A DNA stretch of 64,000 nucleotides. Source: Geosiphon pyriformis uo1 (taxonomy: Eukaryota; Fungi; Glomeromycota). A model generated the notes under the pieces. That model saw only the letters and a list, made by a program, of their open reading frames with translations. It had not been told where the DNA came from and ran no database searches. The position numbers were made by a program, and so were the translations under genes. The DNA is taken from the NCBI GenBank assembly GCA_016748015.1, contig JAAOMT010000779.1, positions 356,220 through 420,219 of the forward strand, given 5' to 3'. This document shows positions 1 to 10,845 of this stretch, piece after piece (within the stretch, counting starts at the first letter, position 1; every line of letters begins with the position of its first letter).

Positions 1-1722
1 AACTCCACCATAGTAGAAGAAACTAACTCGAACACCCTCATACCCAAATTCAAATCAATGTTTTCAAAGAAAACAGCAGCACCAGCTTTCATACCAAGAG
101 TACCCAGCCCATTTAGAGAACCATTTATAAACAAAGAAAGATGACCAGAATCAATCTCTAATAAACAATTGTACACAACTTTAAACTCATGAGACTTCAG
201 AATATTGGATGAACCAATGTATGGCAATAGAAAATTGCAAACAGCAGGTGGCCTAGAATTATTCAGATAGTGAACAGAAATATTAAACCAATGAAGAACT
301 GGGCCTTGAGGATTCAATTTTTTCCACTACTTAAAAGTCCTCTATTCAAAAACAGAACCAGTATGACTGCAAAGCTGCTCAACAAAGGCAATTCCATAAT
401 GCTGAAATGAAGAGACACATTTATAAAAAGTGGACTCACCAAAAATGACAGACATAGAGGTTCTATTTGGAAAACAAAAAACATTAGTCATGGGACCACC
501 GAGAGAAAAGTCGCATCCCAAAAAAATCTGAACAATACCAGCCAAAAAATTATTCAAAGGATTGATATTAATATGAAAAGAGAAAAACAGAGGATGGCAA
601 GGGCACCAGCTGAGGACCTGCAAGTTGTGATCTATGTGCAAACAAATGGCTCAAGATATCAACAGAATTGGCAAAATTAACAACAGAAGCTGACTTGTCT
701 TTAGCCTGAATCTGTTTAAAAGACTTCAAACTGTACAGAGAAGAATAGTAAATAGCATCATTGAGAAAGTCATGCGGCAAGCCAGATTTGGATTTTAAAC
801 CCTTGTGAATCATAGTGTCCCACTTCACACACACATTAATAGAAACAAAACTGATCTGAATCCTGTATACAACGATGGGGTGAAGAATTGCCAACACCAA
901 ATACAAGAACTGTTTGTCAAAAATAGTCTTTCTTAGCACAAGATTGGTGAAAAACCAGACATTCAGATGGGCCTTAGCCAAGCTAGGCTTTGACAAACCC
1001 TCAGTAAACAGAAAAATGCCTAAGTATTAATAAGACTCCCCTTTTTTGGCTATCAAAATAAGCAAACCACTGATCAGCAAACAAAGCTTAGAAACTCTGT
1101 AATTAATGGGAATGGCTACCATTTTGTTATTATTGATTGAAATGTCATTGATCTGAAAAAATTTGCTAGTGATTTTGAAAATATGTTGTGTAGTAGCCTG
1201 GCTGCTATCAATCCAAATAGTGTCATTGACAAAAGCACCTGCAGCAAGAAAAGAAGTCAAACCAGTCTGAGATTTAGAGCAACCAGTTCTGGTTACAAAA
1301 CAAAAGTCCAATCTGTATCTATACACACTTTTTTGTCTCTTGACTTCACACAAAAGAGGATCATAAAATATGCACCAAAGAAAAGAAGAAAACACCTCTC
1401 CTTGATTCAAACCATTATGTACTTGATATCTATCGGTCAACCCAAAATTCATCATAACTTTGCTGATTCAACCATTGTAAATGCTATTAAAAAACCAAAT
1501 AAACTTGTTACACATCTTTATCCTGACTAAACTCTCCCTAAGATGCTCCTAACCAATAGAATTATAAGTTTTTCACATGTCCTGCAATACTAGCCACAAC
1601 TTACAGTTCTTTTCTAAAGCATCTTTAATGACTAATCTAATAGTGAAGATAGGAAATTGTGTGGTCGTACCTTTTAGAACAGAAAAATTATCCTCTCTAA
1701 GAACATTAAACTTACTGTATGC
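1..1722 (-). pseudogene. LINE-A ORF2 3' part: reverse transcriptase and start of RNase H
   Basis: GLNQGEVFSS (QG..LSP), AFVNDTIW (F/YxDD), INNNK; RNase H motif near 60-140. Confidence 0.88.
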
Positions 1723-2807
1723 TGTTACGGGTAAACTTGGTGGGTATGGGAAATGGTAACGTTTGGTACTTTTAATTATTGATAATGTGTTTTCTGCATA
1801 ATTCTGTTGGCTTAGTTTTGATTATTAGTCTCTGAAGATCTATTCCTGGATGTAAATTTTACCTGTTGAGTTCTTTGGTTATAAGGCACAGAGTTTGTCT
1901 TTCGTCGATTGCAATGTTTTTCATAAATGTGAGCTTTTTTTTCTGAGCTAATGAGTGCAGTTGTTAGGGTTTGGCATTGTCTTTTTGCCCTTCTGGTAAG
2001 CTAACAAGATAATGTTAATATCCAAAACTTAGAGGGAGCTTCTTTCTTTTACCAGGCTATCACGAAGTCTATTCCCAGACAGTTGATTTTACTATGTTGC
2101 TGCTCCACAAAAAATTAAGACAGAAAAAAAAAGAAAAAGAAAAAGAAAAGAAAAGAAAAGATAAATTAGTATTGTCAATCACCATGATCAAGAGCGATTG
2201 GTCCAAATCATTAATAGGTTCGAGGTGGTTATGCTAAGAGCATCTATTTTAGAATGGAGGTATGAAACAAGAGTTAATTCACATAAATTTCATGAAGTTT
2301 GAGAACATGAATTCACGATTCTGATTTCTTTTAATAATTGATTTATTTCAGGAAATGAAATAGGGAAGATAATAAAAGATGAAAGAGTATGGATATTTTA
2401 ATTTCTGGTCTAGAAGTTCGTATCTATTTTTTTCTTTTCTTCTTTTCTCACTTCTACAACTACTTGCTTTTATACATTCTTTTGGTTTTACAGAATTGCT
2501 TTCAATTGTCTTGCTATCACTAGCTATTGTTTTGTTGTTTCTGTTATTGCTTTGTTTTTCTACATTATCACTAGTTATTCTATGTTATAACACATTATCT
2601 GACGTTATTACATGTTATTCTGTGTTATCTTGCGTTATAACATGTTATCCTATGTTATTGCATACTATTCTGTATTATCCTGCGTTATAACATGTTATCC
2701 AATGTTATAATGTGTTATCCAATATTATTGCATGTTATTCTGTGTTATGTCATGTTTTTGGTCACGTTTCTTCATAACTTTGGATCGGTTTTTTTACTTG
2801 GGTAACA
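1723..2807 (-). repeat. G1 3' LTR
   Basis: TGTTAC...GTAACA termini; direct repeat of 10846-11934. Confidence 0.97.
2570..2750 (+). repeat. ~10/20-bp tandem array (TGTTAT-core units) in G1 U3; also at ~11700-11880
   Basis: Repeated gttataacat/gttatcctgc/gttattctgt units. Confidence 0.85.
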
Positions 2808-2823
2808 TTATCCCTCTCTTTTT
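2808..2823 (-). promoter_or_regulatory. G1 polypurine tract
   Basis: AAAAAGAGAGGGATAA immediately before the 3' LTR. Confidence 0.9.
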
Positions 2824-3556
2824 AAAATTGAGCTTCTGTGAAACCATATGTATCTGTTATTGTGGCTTCGTTCGTGTAATGTTCGATTGTTGTCTCGAGT
2901 ATTGCCTTTTGTAGGTCTTCGAACTGTTGATTGGTTATTCGTCCTATGCTGTTAACCATTATGGTTTTCATAGATCCATTTAGTAGTATGTTTAGGCAAT
3001 GTTAGAAGGCAGTATATAGTCAGTATGCTGCTTTATAATATAGGGTCAGGTTGTTTTTCCCTACAAATTTTTCTACTTGTTGTATTGCTTCTTTGTTAAA
3101 CATTTTCTGGCTGAAGTCTTCATATAGTGTTTTCAAGTCAAGCTGTTCTCCAATTTTGTAGAACCAATAAGCTGGAGAAAGTCTTTCTTTCTATTTCTGG
3201 GCGTTGTCAGGTGTCCACTCCTCTGTCTTGGGGAGTTCGGTCCCATGAGCTAAAGCTTGTTTTATTTCTTCGAGCTCGGGGACCAAGTATCTTTTTTTGT
3301 AATCTTTTTCTCATTCTTTGTCTCCTTCTTTTTCACCTCCCACCTGAAGACAATTTTTTCTCCCACATTGCCTTTCGGGTGGTGGGTAGGGGAGAGAACA
3401 TTTAGTTCTAATTAAACTCTTGTCCTTCTCTCTTCTGCTCTTATTTTTGTATCATATCTCTTTTTTATCAATTGTTATTTCTATTTGAGATGTCGATTTT
3501 TGAATTGTTTCAAATAATTGTTTAGATAATTTTAAAATTTGATCTGAAAGGTCCAT
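2822..3556 (-). pseudogene. G1 ORF3, 245 codons, unknown function
   Basis: One frame from ATG 3556 to TAA 2822-2824 with five stops, each explicable by a single transition; homologous to the same position in G2, G3 and G4. Confidence 0.8.
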
Positions 3557-3636
3557 GTTGAAATTTTTATTGTTTCTTGCTGCTTTTCAGATGCTATATA
3601 TATTTGAATTCCCTAATTTAATTTGCTGCCCATTGT

Positions 3637-5004
3637 CTATGTTTCAATGACAATAATTGGTTTCAGATCTCGTGGTATATCTTCTGGTTTGATTAATGAA
3701 ATTTGTGTTTTTAGTTGAGGTACTGATGACAATGATTCCTGTTTTACATGATAAATTTTTAACTGATTTCCATGCACTACTTTCTTTAAAATCTTGTCTT
3801 CCAATCATAATTTGTAAGCTCTATTTCCTAATGCTTCGTATATGTGGAATGGACCATCCCACTTTGGGTCGAACTTTCCACTCCACTGTTTCTCAGCTTT
3901 TGTACGATGTAACAGTACTTGGTCTCCAATCTTGAATTCCATTGGTTGTTTTGGCAGGTGTTTATCATGTCTTTCTTTTTGTCATTCTTGAGCGTAACTA
4001 ATATTGTCAGCTGCTATTTTTCGATTGTTTTCCAATGTTTCCATTAGCTGGTATGTTTTTTGGTATAAGGTAGCCTCAAAATTCTCTTCATTGATTGTTT
4101 CTGTTGGGTATGATGGTATCACTTGTTCAATTAGTAACATAGCTTTTCTTCCATAGACTAGTTTGAACAGTGTGAACTGAGTCATATTTTGTTTTAATGT
4201 TCAGTATACAAAGAGTACAGAAGATATGAATAAGTCCCATTCTTGTCTGTTTTCATGACTTATTTTTGCTAGTGTTTCACACAGTGTTCTGTTAAACTGT
4301 TTTACCAGTCCGTTCATTTGTGGGTGGTATGGTAATGATAAGAGTTTCTTTATTCCAAACTGTTGGCTTAATTCAGTCAGCGTATTATTAACAAAATATG
4401 TTCCCTGATCAGATAATAATTCTTTCGAACATCTATGTCAGCAAATTAGGTCTTGATGCACAAATTTGGCGACTGTTTTGGCATTGGCCACTTGGATTGC
4501 TCTGGCTTCTGGCCATTTTGTAAGATAGTCTACGACTACAGTAATATAGCAATTTCCTTGGGATGTAATTGAAAGAGGTCCAATCAAATCAATCCTAATT
4601 TTATCAAATGAATTTCTAACTAGAATGGGTTGAAGTGGTTCTGTTGATCTTGCTCCTCCTCTTTGCTGGCATGCATTACAATTGAGCACATATTCGAAAA
4701 TGTCTTTGTGTATCGTTGGCCAATAGTATAAGTTTAGTGTTCTTTCGAGGGTAGTGTCTTTGTTAAAGTGTCCTGCAATCAGATCTGAGTGCACACTATA
4801 TAGTATAGTTTCTCTTTCACTGTCCGTGATTAGTTGTTGTGAGTTGGGGTGGTTTTGGCATTCTCATTGATATAGTTGGTTGTCTTGAATAAAATAATTT
4901 CAGGCTTGTTTTTGTATGATACTCTGTTCCTGTTAAGATAATATCTCCTTGAAATGTAATGTCGATAGGTACTGATGTAGTCATTAATAAGTGAGTGTGT
5001 CCAT
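3637..5004 (-). pseudogene. G1 integrase, separate ORF (HHCC, DDE, GPF/SH3-like C-terminus)
   Basis: Own ATG at 5004; HSDLIAGH..CNAC, IRIDL, SDQG, KWDGPF; ends PIIVIET*. Confidence 0.9.
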
Positions 5005-5014
5005 GAGTCTGGGA

Positions 5015-5431
5015 TTAGATTTGTGGCATCCTCAACAAACTGTTGACATTGGTGTTCTTGGATCCTTTCTTGTAATGGACTTTAAGTGGGAATTGTTGCA
5101 AATAAGTACTCCATCTCGCATATTTTCCTTCTAGTTGTGGATTGTTAAGTAACCAAATAAGTTTTTTGTGGTCAGTATATAGATCAAATGGTTGACTGAG
5201 GTAATGTTTCCAAGTCTGTATGGCCCAATAAATGGTAAGACATTCCAGATCTGTTGTGCTGTAATTTTTTTTTGCTGGGCTAGTGCTGCGACTAGCATAG
5301 ACAACTGGGTGTTCTCTATTGTCTGATCCTATCTGTGATAAGACTGCTTCTAGAGCATTTTTCGAGGTGTCCATAGCAACAATGAACTGTTTAGTGAAAT
5401 CTGGGTAAATCAGGATTGGGGATGTGATCAA
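5015..5431 (-). pseudogene. G1 RNase H (ends ORF1 with a TAA stop)
   Basis: AMDTS..AVLSQ..YASR..NYSTTDLE..YTDH..NVNSLLR, stop at 5015-5017. Confidence 0.93.
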
Positions 5432-5578
5432 TCACTGCTTGAGATAGTCGAATGCTTTCTGTTGATCTTCCTTCCACAAGTACGGTATGTATTTGGACAA
5501 CAATTGATGGAGTGGTTTTGTGATGTTCAAAAAACCTTTGACAAATCAATGATAATATCTTGCCAATTCTAAAAATCC

Positions 5579-6460
5579 TCATAATTCTCTGAGATTGATT
5601 GGGACTGAAAAATCCTTGACTTTTTGTACTTTATCTGGATCGGGTTTAACTCCGTCCTTGCCGATTACATGTCCTAGGAATTTTAACTCGGTTTTTCCAA
5701 AGAAACACTTCTTGGGATTGAGTTTCAATCTGACACTACAAAGGTGTTCGAAGACTTGTTGCAGGTGGAGCAGATGGTCTTCAAATGTTTTGGAGAATAC
5801 ATTTGTGTCGTCTAGGTAGACTACTACTAATTTCCAAAGGATTCCTTTGTATACTACATCCATCAGACATTGAAACATGGTAGGAGCATTACAAAGTCCA
5901 AAAGACATTACATTAAACTCAAAGTTTTCGTTTTGAGTGGTAAATACTGTTTTTCCTTTGTCTTTGGGGTCCATTTCAACTTGCCAGTAACCACTTGCTA
6001 AATTTAATGATGAAAACCATTTCTTTTTCCCTAGATTGTCCAGAATTTCCTGGATGAGGGGAGTGAGATAACTATCTCCTCATGTGATGCTATTTAGTTT
6101 TCAATAATCTATGCAGAATTGCACTTTTCCATTTTTCTTGGTAACCAAGACTACTGGCGAGGACCAAGGGCTTAACAATTCTTTGATTAGGCCATTATCA
6201 AGCATCCGTTGCACTTTTTGCTTAACTAGGTTATCACCAGATGGGGGTACACAGTAAGCTCGTTGCTTAATTGGTCGAGCGTCTCCTGTATCAATCTGAT
6301 ACTTCACAATGTTGGTGCGTCCGAACTCATTTTCGCTGGCAAAGACATCAGCATACTGATTCAGAAGGACTTTAAGTTGCATTTGTTGCAGGATACTTAA
6401 ATTTCCTAAATTCAATTTATTGATCTCTTCTGGTGTGAACAAGTAACTTTCTTTTGGCAA
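5579..6460 (-). pseudogene. G1 reverse transcriptase
   Basis: SPWSSPVVLV..FCIDY; MSFGLCNAP; VVYLDD; KFLGH. Confidence 0.95.
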
Positions 6461-6839
6461 ATTCCATACTTGTGAGGTAATGTCACAGAATAAGAATAAT
6501 TGTGTGAAATCTGGAATGGACTAGGGTTTTTCAGGATTCTGACTATCTGCAGATATAGAACCAATGAAGGTCCCTTCGAGGATTTCAATGACATCTTCTG
6601 TCGGATTGTAGATGGGGATTTTGAAATGTTTATGGGCTTTGGCCGGTAGGTATAGATTAGCAACATCAGCTAGAGAACAGATTTCGGGACTGGCTTTAAA
6701 TAATAAGGCTTGATCTTGGATCTTTTGATTCACCTTGAGGATATATTGTCGGTATGGAGGAATGGAAATGATGGTATTAGTGTGGATAAATTCTATCTGG
6801 TCACTGTCTTCCTCCATGAAATTAACTAGTACGTTTCCT

Positions 6840-7240
6840 CTTCCACTTGATCCAAACCCGTTGATTCTTTGGGCAGTGAGGCCTAACTCTTCTCGGGTTG
6901 TTACCAGAGTTAATTGGGGTATTTTGACTAGGGGTAGGAAGATAGCTTGGACAATCTTTTCTTGTAATTCTATTTTGTAGAGTCTGTCTGAATTGTTCTA
7001 TAGCATCATGATGATGTTTCCCGTGTAACTGGCATCAATGATTCCTTTTTTTATGTCGATTCCTTTCTTGGCTAGACTAGATCGAAAGACAACTTGTACC
7101 ATTGTACTAATAGGAATTTCTAACACTATCTTAAGATCTATTTTTATGAGGGAATGTGGAACTATAATGATGGGTAATTGTCTGGGATATCATAGGTCGA
7201 AACCAGTATCAGTGTCATGTGCTCTTTTGGAGCAGATTCC
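6840..7240 (-). pseudogene. dut: G1 dUTPase domain
   Basis: All five trimeric-dUTPase motifs: DTGFDL, FRSSLA, GIIDASYTGNI, KIVQAIF, QRINGFGSSG. Confidence 0.9.
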
Positions 7241-7419
7241 TTCCTCGTTGTCACTGTACCATTTTAGCTCTAGTTCTTTGGATAGGTTGGGATATGCAAA
7301 ATACTGTTCTGTTTCGGTATCCTTAGTTGGATCTTGAAATGACATGTTCTTGGTGATCAATACCTCTTCTTCGAGTTCAGGTAGTTCAGTGATTGGAAAC
7401 AGTATTCTTGGAGGCGGAT

Positions 7420-8050
7420 TGAACATAAGATCACATTCATCGCACTACTGGAAGTGACAGAGGATCAAACAGTGATCGCATAGTTTGGTATTCAAATTGG
7501 CCAATCTTTGCTCCTGTTCCTCGCAAGTCAGGGCCAATTTCTGATATTGGTTCTGAAATGTGTCTGGGTCATCTGTGAAGAAATCATCCTCGGGGTAGTC
7601 GGGTCCAATATATTTGAGTGTTCAAGGGTTGTTCTTAATTTCTCGTATTTTTTCAGGCGTGGCACCTTCGGCCTTGGTGCTTGCCATTCTTCAAATTTTA
7701 TGGTCATCGTGTGGATAACCATTTAGTCTGTTGAGTGCTCATTTCCAAGCGTCCTCAATGGGGGTTCCCTTTCATACCCAATCATTGATTAATATGGTGT
7801 ATTGACAAGCCTCATCGCATGTTTCTCCTCTGCCAGGCACATCATTTCAGAGTCCTTCATCTGACAGAATTTTGCCACATGTGAGGCATGGCATGTGGTT
7901 CTACTTGTCTTGTTATTTTGGTCGTCCAAATCTTTCCAGTAAACAAGGCCTGCAATAGTATTTGGTGGCGGTGGACCATTCTTCGTTGTCCCCAATACAT
8001 GTGCCCATAGTGGATAGTTTTTTTTCACAATCGACACATATTAGTCTTGG
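7420..8050 (-). other. G1 Cys/Trp-rich putative Zn-binding module between PR and dUTPase
   Basis: In the pol frame: CVDC..YYCRPC..PCLTC..DVPGRGETCDEACQYTILINDW..; homologous to G2 29010-29410. Confidence 0.7.
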
Positions 8051-8293
8051 GAGTTGGTAAAATAAGTTTCTTTGGTCCAAGGTTATGTATCCTAGTGATG
8101 ATGATTGGGGTTTTTCTTTGGCTCTGCCTTTTCCTTTTTCTTCTCAGGTTGGTGGTGGGGGTAGTTCAGTTCGATAATTATCTGCCCATAAAACCTGATA
8201 GGTCTTGATGATTGGTGGCATTGATGTTTCTTTGAATTCAATAAGGGGTTTCTTGGTACGTTGGTTTTTAAAGTGTCCGCATGTAGCTGAGAC

Positions 8294-8701
8294 TCAGGTA
8301 TGCTGTCCGTTGAATGTGAGTTGAAGTTCTTGGGTGTTCCAGTTAAGAGTAGCGTTGGCTTTTGACAACCAGTTATTTCCTATTAGAGCTTGATATTGTG
8401 TAGCTTCCATAATAAGTACTTTGATAGGGATTTGGATTCCATTAATCTTGAAGGGGAAGTTGTCAATTTCTTCTATTGGGGTTTTTGTGTTCTCATCTGC
8501 TGTAATGATCTGGGCAGTAGCAACACAGTCTACTTGGTGACCTAGTTGGTCCATGAACTGCTTCGTGATTATGCTACCGGCTGATCCACTATCCAAAATT
8601 AATTTAATGTCTATTCTTCTGACTTTGGCATCAGTGTATAGGGCCATTATTGGTTTATCCTGATTGATGGCTGCTCCACTAAAAAGGCTATGTGTGTTCA
8701 A
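8294..8701 (-). pseudogene. G1 aspartic protease
   Basis: LILDSGSAGSII; ALIGNNWL. Confidence 0.92.
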
Positions 8702-8899
8702 ATTATTGATGTCAAAAGGAAATATGGTGGCTAGGGTGGTGTCTTTGGTAATAGTGACTGGTGGGATATTGCTTTTTGTTTGCTTGGAAGATTGGAAGAT
8801 TCATTCTATATCTCCCCCTTCCACAGGTGTAGATTTATCAAAACCCTGGTCTTCCATAAAACCGAAATAGAAAGCTTGATTTGGGTATCCAGTTGGTGT

Positions 8900-10800
8900 T
8901 GGTCAAGATTGGGCAGAACCATGAGGGATTGGTCAAAACAGTCCACTGTTGGTTTGTACCTGATTGTTATTGGGATTCCTCCATCTCTGATTATAGTCTA
9001 TAGCTTGAGGTCTGGACAGGCTGTAAGGGGAAGTTTGATGGTGAGGGATTGCTTGTGTCATTGGTGGTGGTTGATAATAATTCTGGGGCAGTGGTTGAGT
9101 GTACGGAACTTGTTGTGCATATAGGGGTGGTTGATTCTGAGGTATGAAATATTGGAGTATCATGTTTTGCTGATATCTGGATTGCTGGTATGGATTTCCT
9201 TGATTTTAGTCCATGATCTTCCTTCTGCAGTCATGGGCGATGTGTTCAGGTTTCTGGCAGTAGTAGTAGTTGTGAGGATCGGATCTCCAAGATTGTTGCT
9301 GTGGATATCTGCTGTTGTTGTTATTTTCTCTTTGTTGGGGTGGTTGGTAAGTTCCTGTAGTTCCGGTTAAGAATCCCTCAATTTTCTGAGTTAGTTTCTT
9401 ACTCAATTGGGTTATTTTTGCATTGATATCAAAGGTTCCGTTAATGGCTAAATTAACAGCTTGAGTATGATTCGCTTCTTGTTCTGCAGACTCAAAATCG
9501 CAAGCGAGAGTGATGGCGTGTTGTAAACTGGTCAGATGGCGGGGTCTTACAGATCTTAGAATACTACTCCACAATCCTTTAATGAATTGATTAAGAACTT
9601 GTGCCATGGTGTAGTAGTTCCTTTCGATAGCTAATATTTAACGCAGAATTTGATTGAATCGTCCGAGATAAGTAGTTACAGCTTCATGATCTTTTTGTTT
9701 AATTATGTTAAATTGATTTTGCAATTGGATTAACGTATTGGGGTCACAGAAGTATTGCAGAAATGTGAGTTTAAACTTGGTAAAGAAGGTAAGCTTCTTT
9801 GCCAGGCTCTGGTACCACGAATCAGCAGTTCCGGTCAGAAAAAACAGCAGTGCCTAAACTGTGCAGTTGTTGTTTCAACCATTAGCGGTAATTGCTTTTT
9901 CGGCATCCACGATTCAAGAATATGTGTTATCTTCTTCACCAGAGAATTTTTCCAATTTAGCGATATTCCGGTAAGCCATGATCCGATTAATGGGTGGGAT
10001 GTTACTGGTTATGTTTAAAGGGATTGGTGTCTGCGTATTTGAGTGTTCTTCAGGTGCTAATGCTGGTTGCTTTCCTTTGTCACTTGAATCAATAGGTTGT
10101 AAGATAGCTGTTTCTTCCGTCAGAGGAGATGCTGATTCTGCTAGGTTTTGTGCTGGTGGCTGTTCCCAAGTTGACGGGTTTCCTTCTGTTTGACTGGCTG
10201 CTGGGTTAAGATTTCCAAACAGTGATCCATATTCTCCTAGTGATTTGGTCCAACTGTATTGATTCTAAGGGTGTGGATTTTTAGAAGTTTGTGATGTTTC
10301 CAACTGGGTTTCCGGGGGTGGGTTGAATACAATTCTACTTTGGGGTGTCTGATGGTATAATAGAGTTGTTGGAGAGAGGACCCTTGGTTTTTTGTTGACT
10401 GTAAACTTGGCTTGGGCAGTTATGAGGTTGTTGGATTCGTTTTTGTATTCCTCAGGGTCAGATTTCACTGGTTGTTGTACTTGAAGAAATTGTTGTTCCA
10501 CATAATATTTAATGTCTGTATCGATTATGTGCAGAGTTTCAGCGATTGCTCGGGTAGTTGTGGCTGTTGAGTACCCTAGTAAGCTTTGATGAATTTGTTT
10601 TTCAAGTTTTCCTGTATCAGTTGTGCGGCCTAACAAGCAGTCAATTTTTGCATTGATATAGTTACAAAAATCACTTTCTGCATAAGCGGTTCTTACTGGT
10701 ATTCTTAGGTCTTTTCAAAAGTATTGAAATAGTGCTTTTCTGTACGAAGAATGGTCCTTTCTTATTGTTCCAATAGTCGCCACTTTTATGTATTTTTGGG
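8900..10800 (-). pseudogene. gag: G1 gag (capsid domain with MHR-like QxxxEAVxxYxxRF; CCHC knuckle; Gln/Pro-rich tail)
   Basis: ORF pieces 10265-10636, 9206-9607 (YYCQKPEHIAHDC) and 8933-9163, all in one frame. Confidence 0.88.
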
Positions 10801-10826
10801 AATGCTTTGTTTCTGTAGATTTATAA

Positions 10827-10843
10827 CCTCACAGGGAGCACCA
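10827..10843 (-). promoter_or_regulatory. G1 primer-binding site (TGGTGCTCCCTGTGAGG)
   Basis: Starts with TGG, 2 nt inside the 5' LTR; complementary to a tRNA 3' end ...CCTCACAGGGAGCACCA (elongator Met or Ile by resemblance, identity not confirmed). Confidence 0.9.
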
Positions 10844-10845
10844 AA

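Noticed and set aside
2822-3556. ORF3 as a retroviral env gene
   Set aside because: It is short and hydrophilic, with no signal peptide, furin site or transmembrane anchor.
3640-3780. Chromodomain at the integrase C-terminus
   Set aside because: Only a short tail follows the GPF/SH3-like region, and it has no chromodomain aromatic motif.
6840-7240. Host or phage dut gene
   Set aside because: It is in frame within the retroelement polyprotein and at the same position in four LTR elements.
5595-10193. Many short + strand ORFs as host genes
   Set aside because: They are antisense shadows of the - strand gag-pol frame with no recognisable motifs.
5015-10636. Alternative genetic code or stop readthrough explaining the in-frame stops
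   Set aside because: Stops are of all three types, fall at positions where the paralogues have W, Q or R, and differ between copies, which fits C>T/G>A mutation.
10827-10843. tRNA gene
   Set aside because: Only 17 nt complementary to a tRNA 3' end including CCA are present; this is a PBS.
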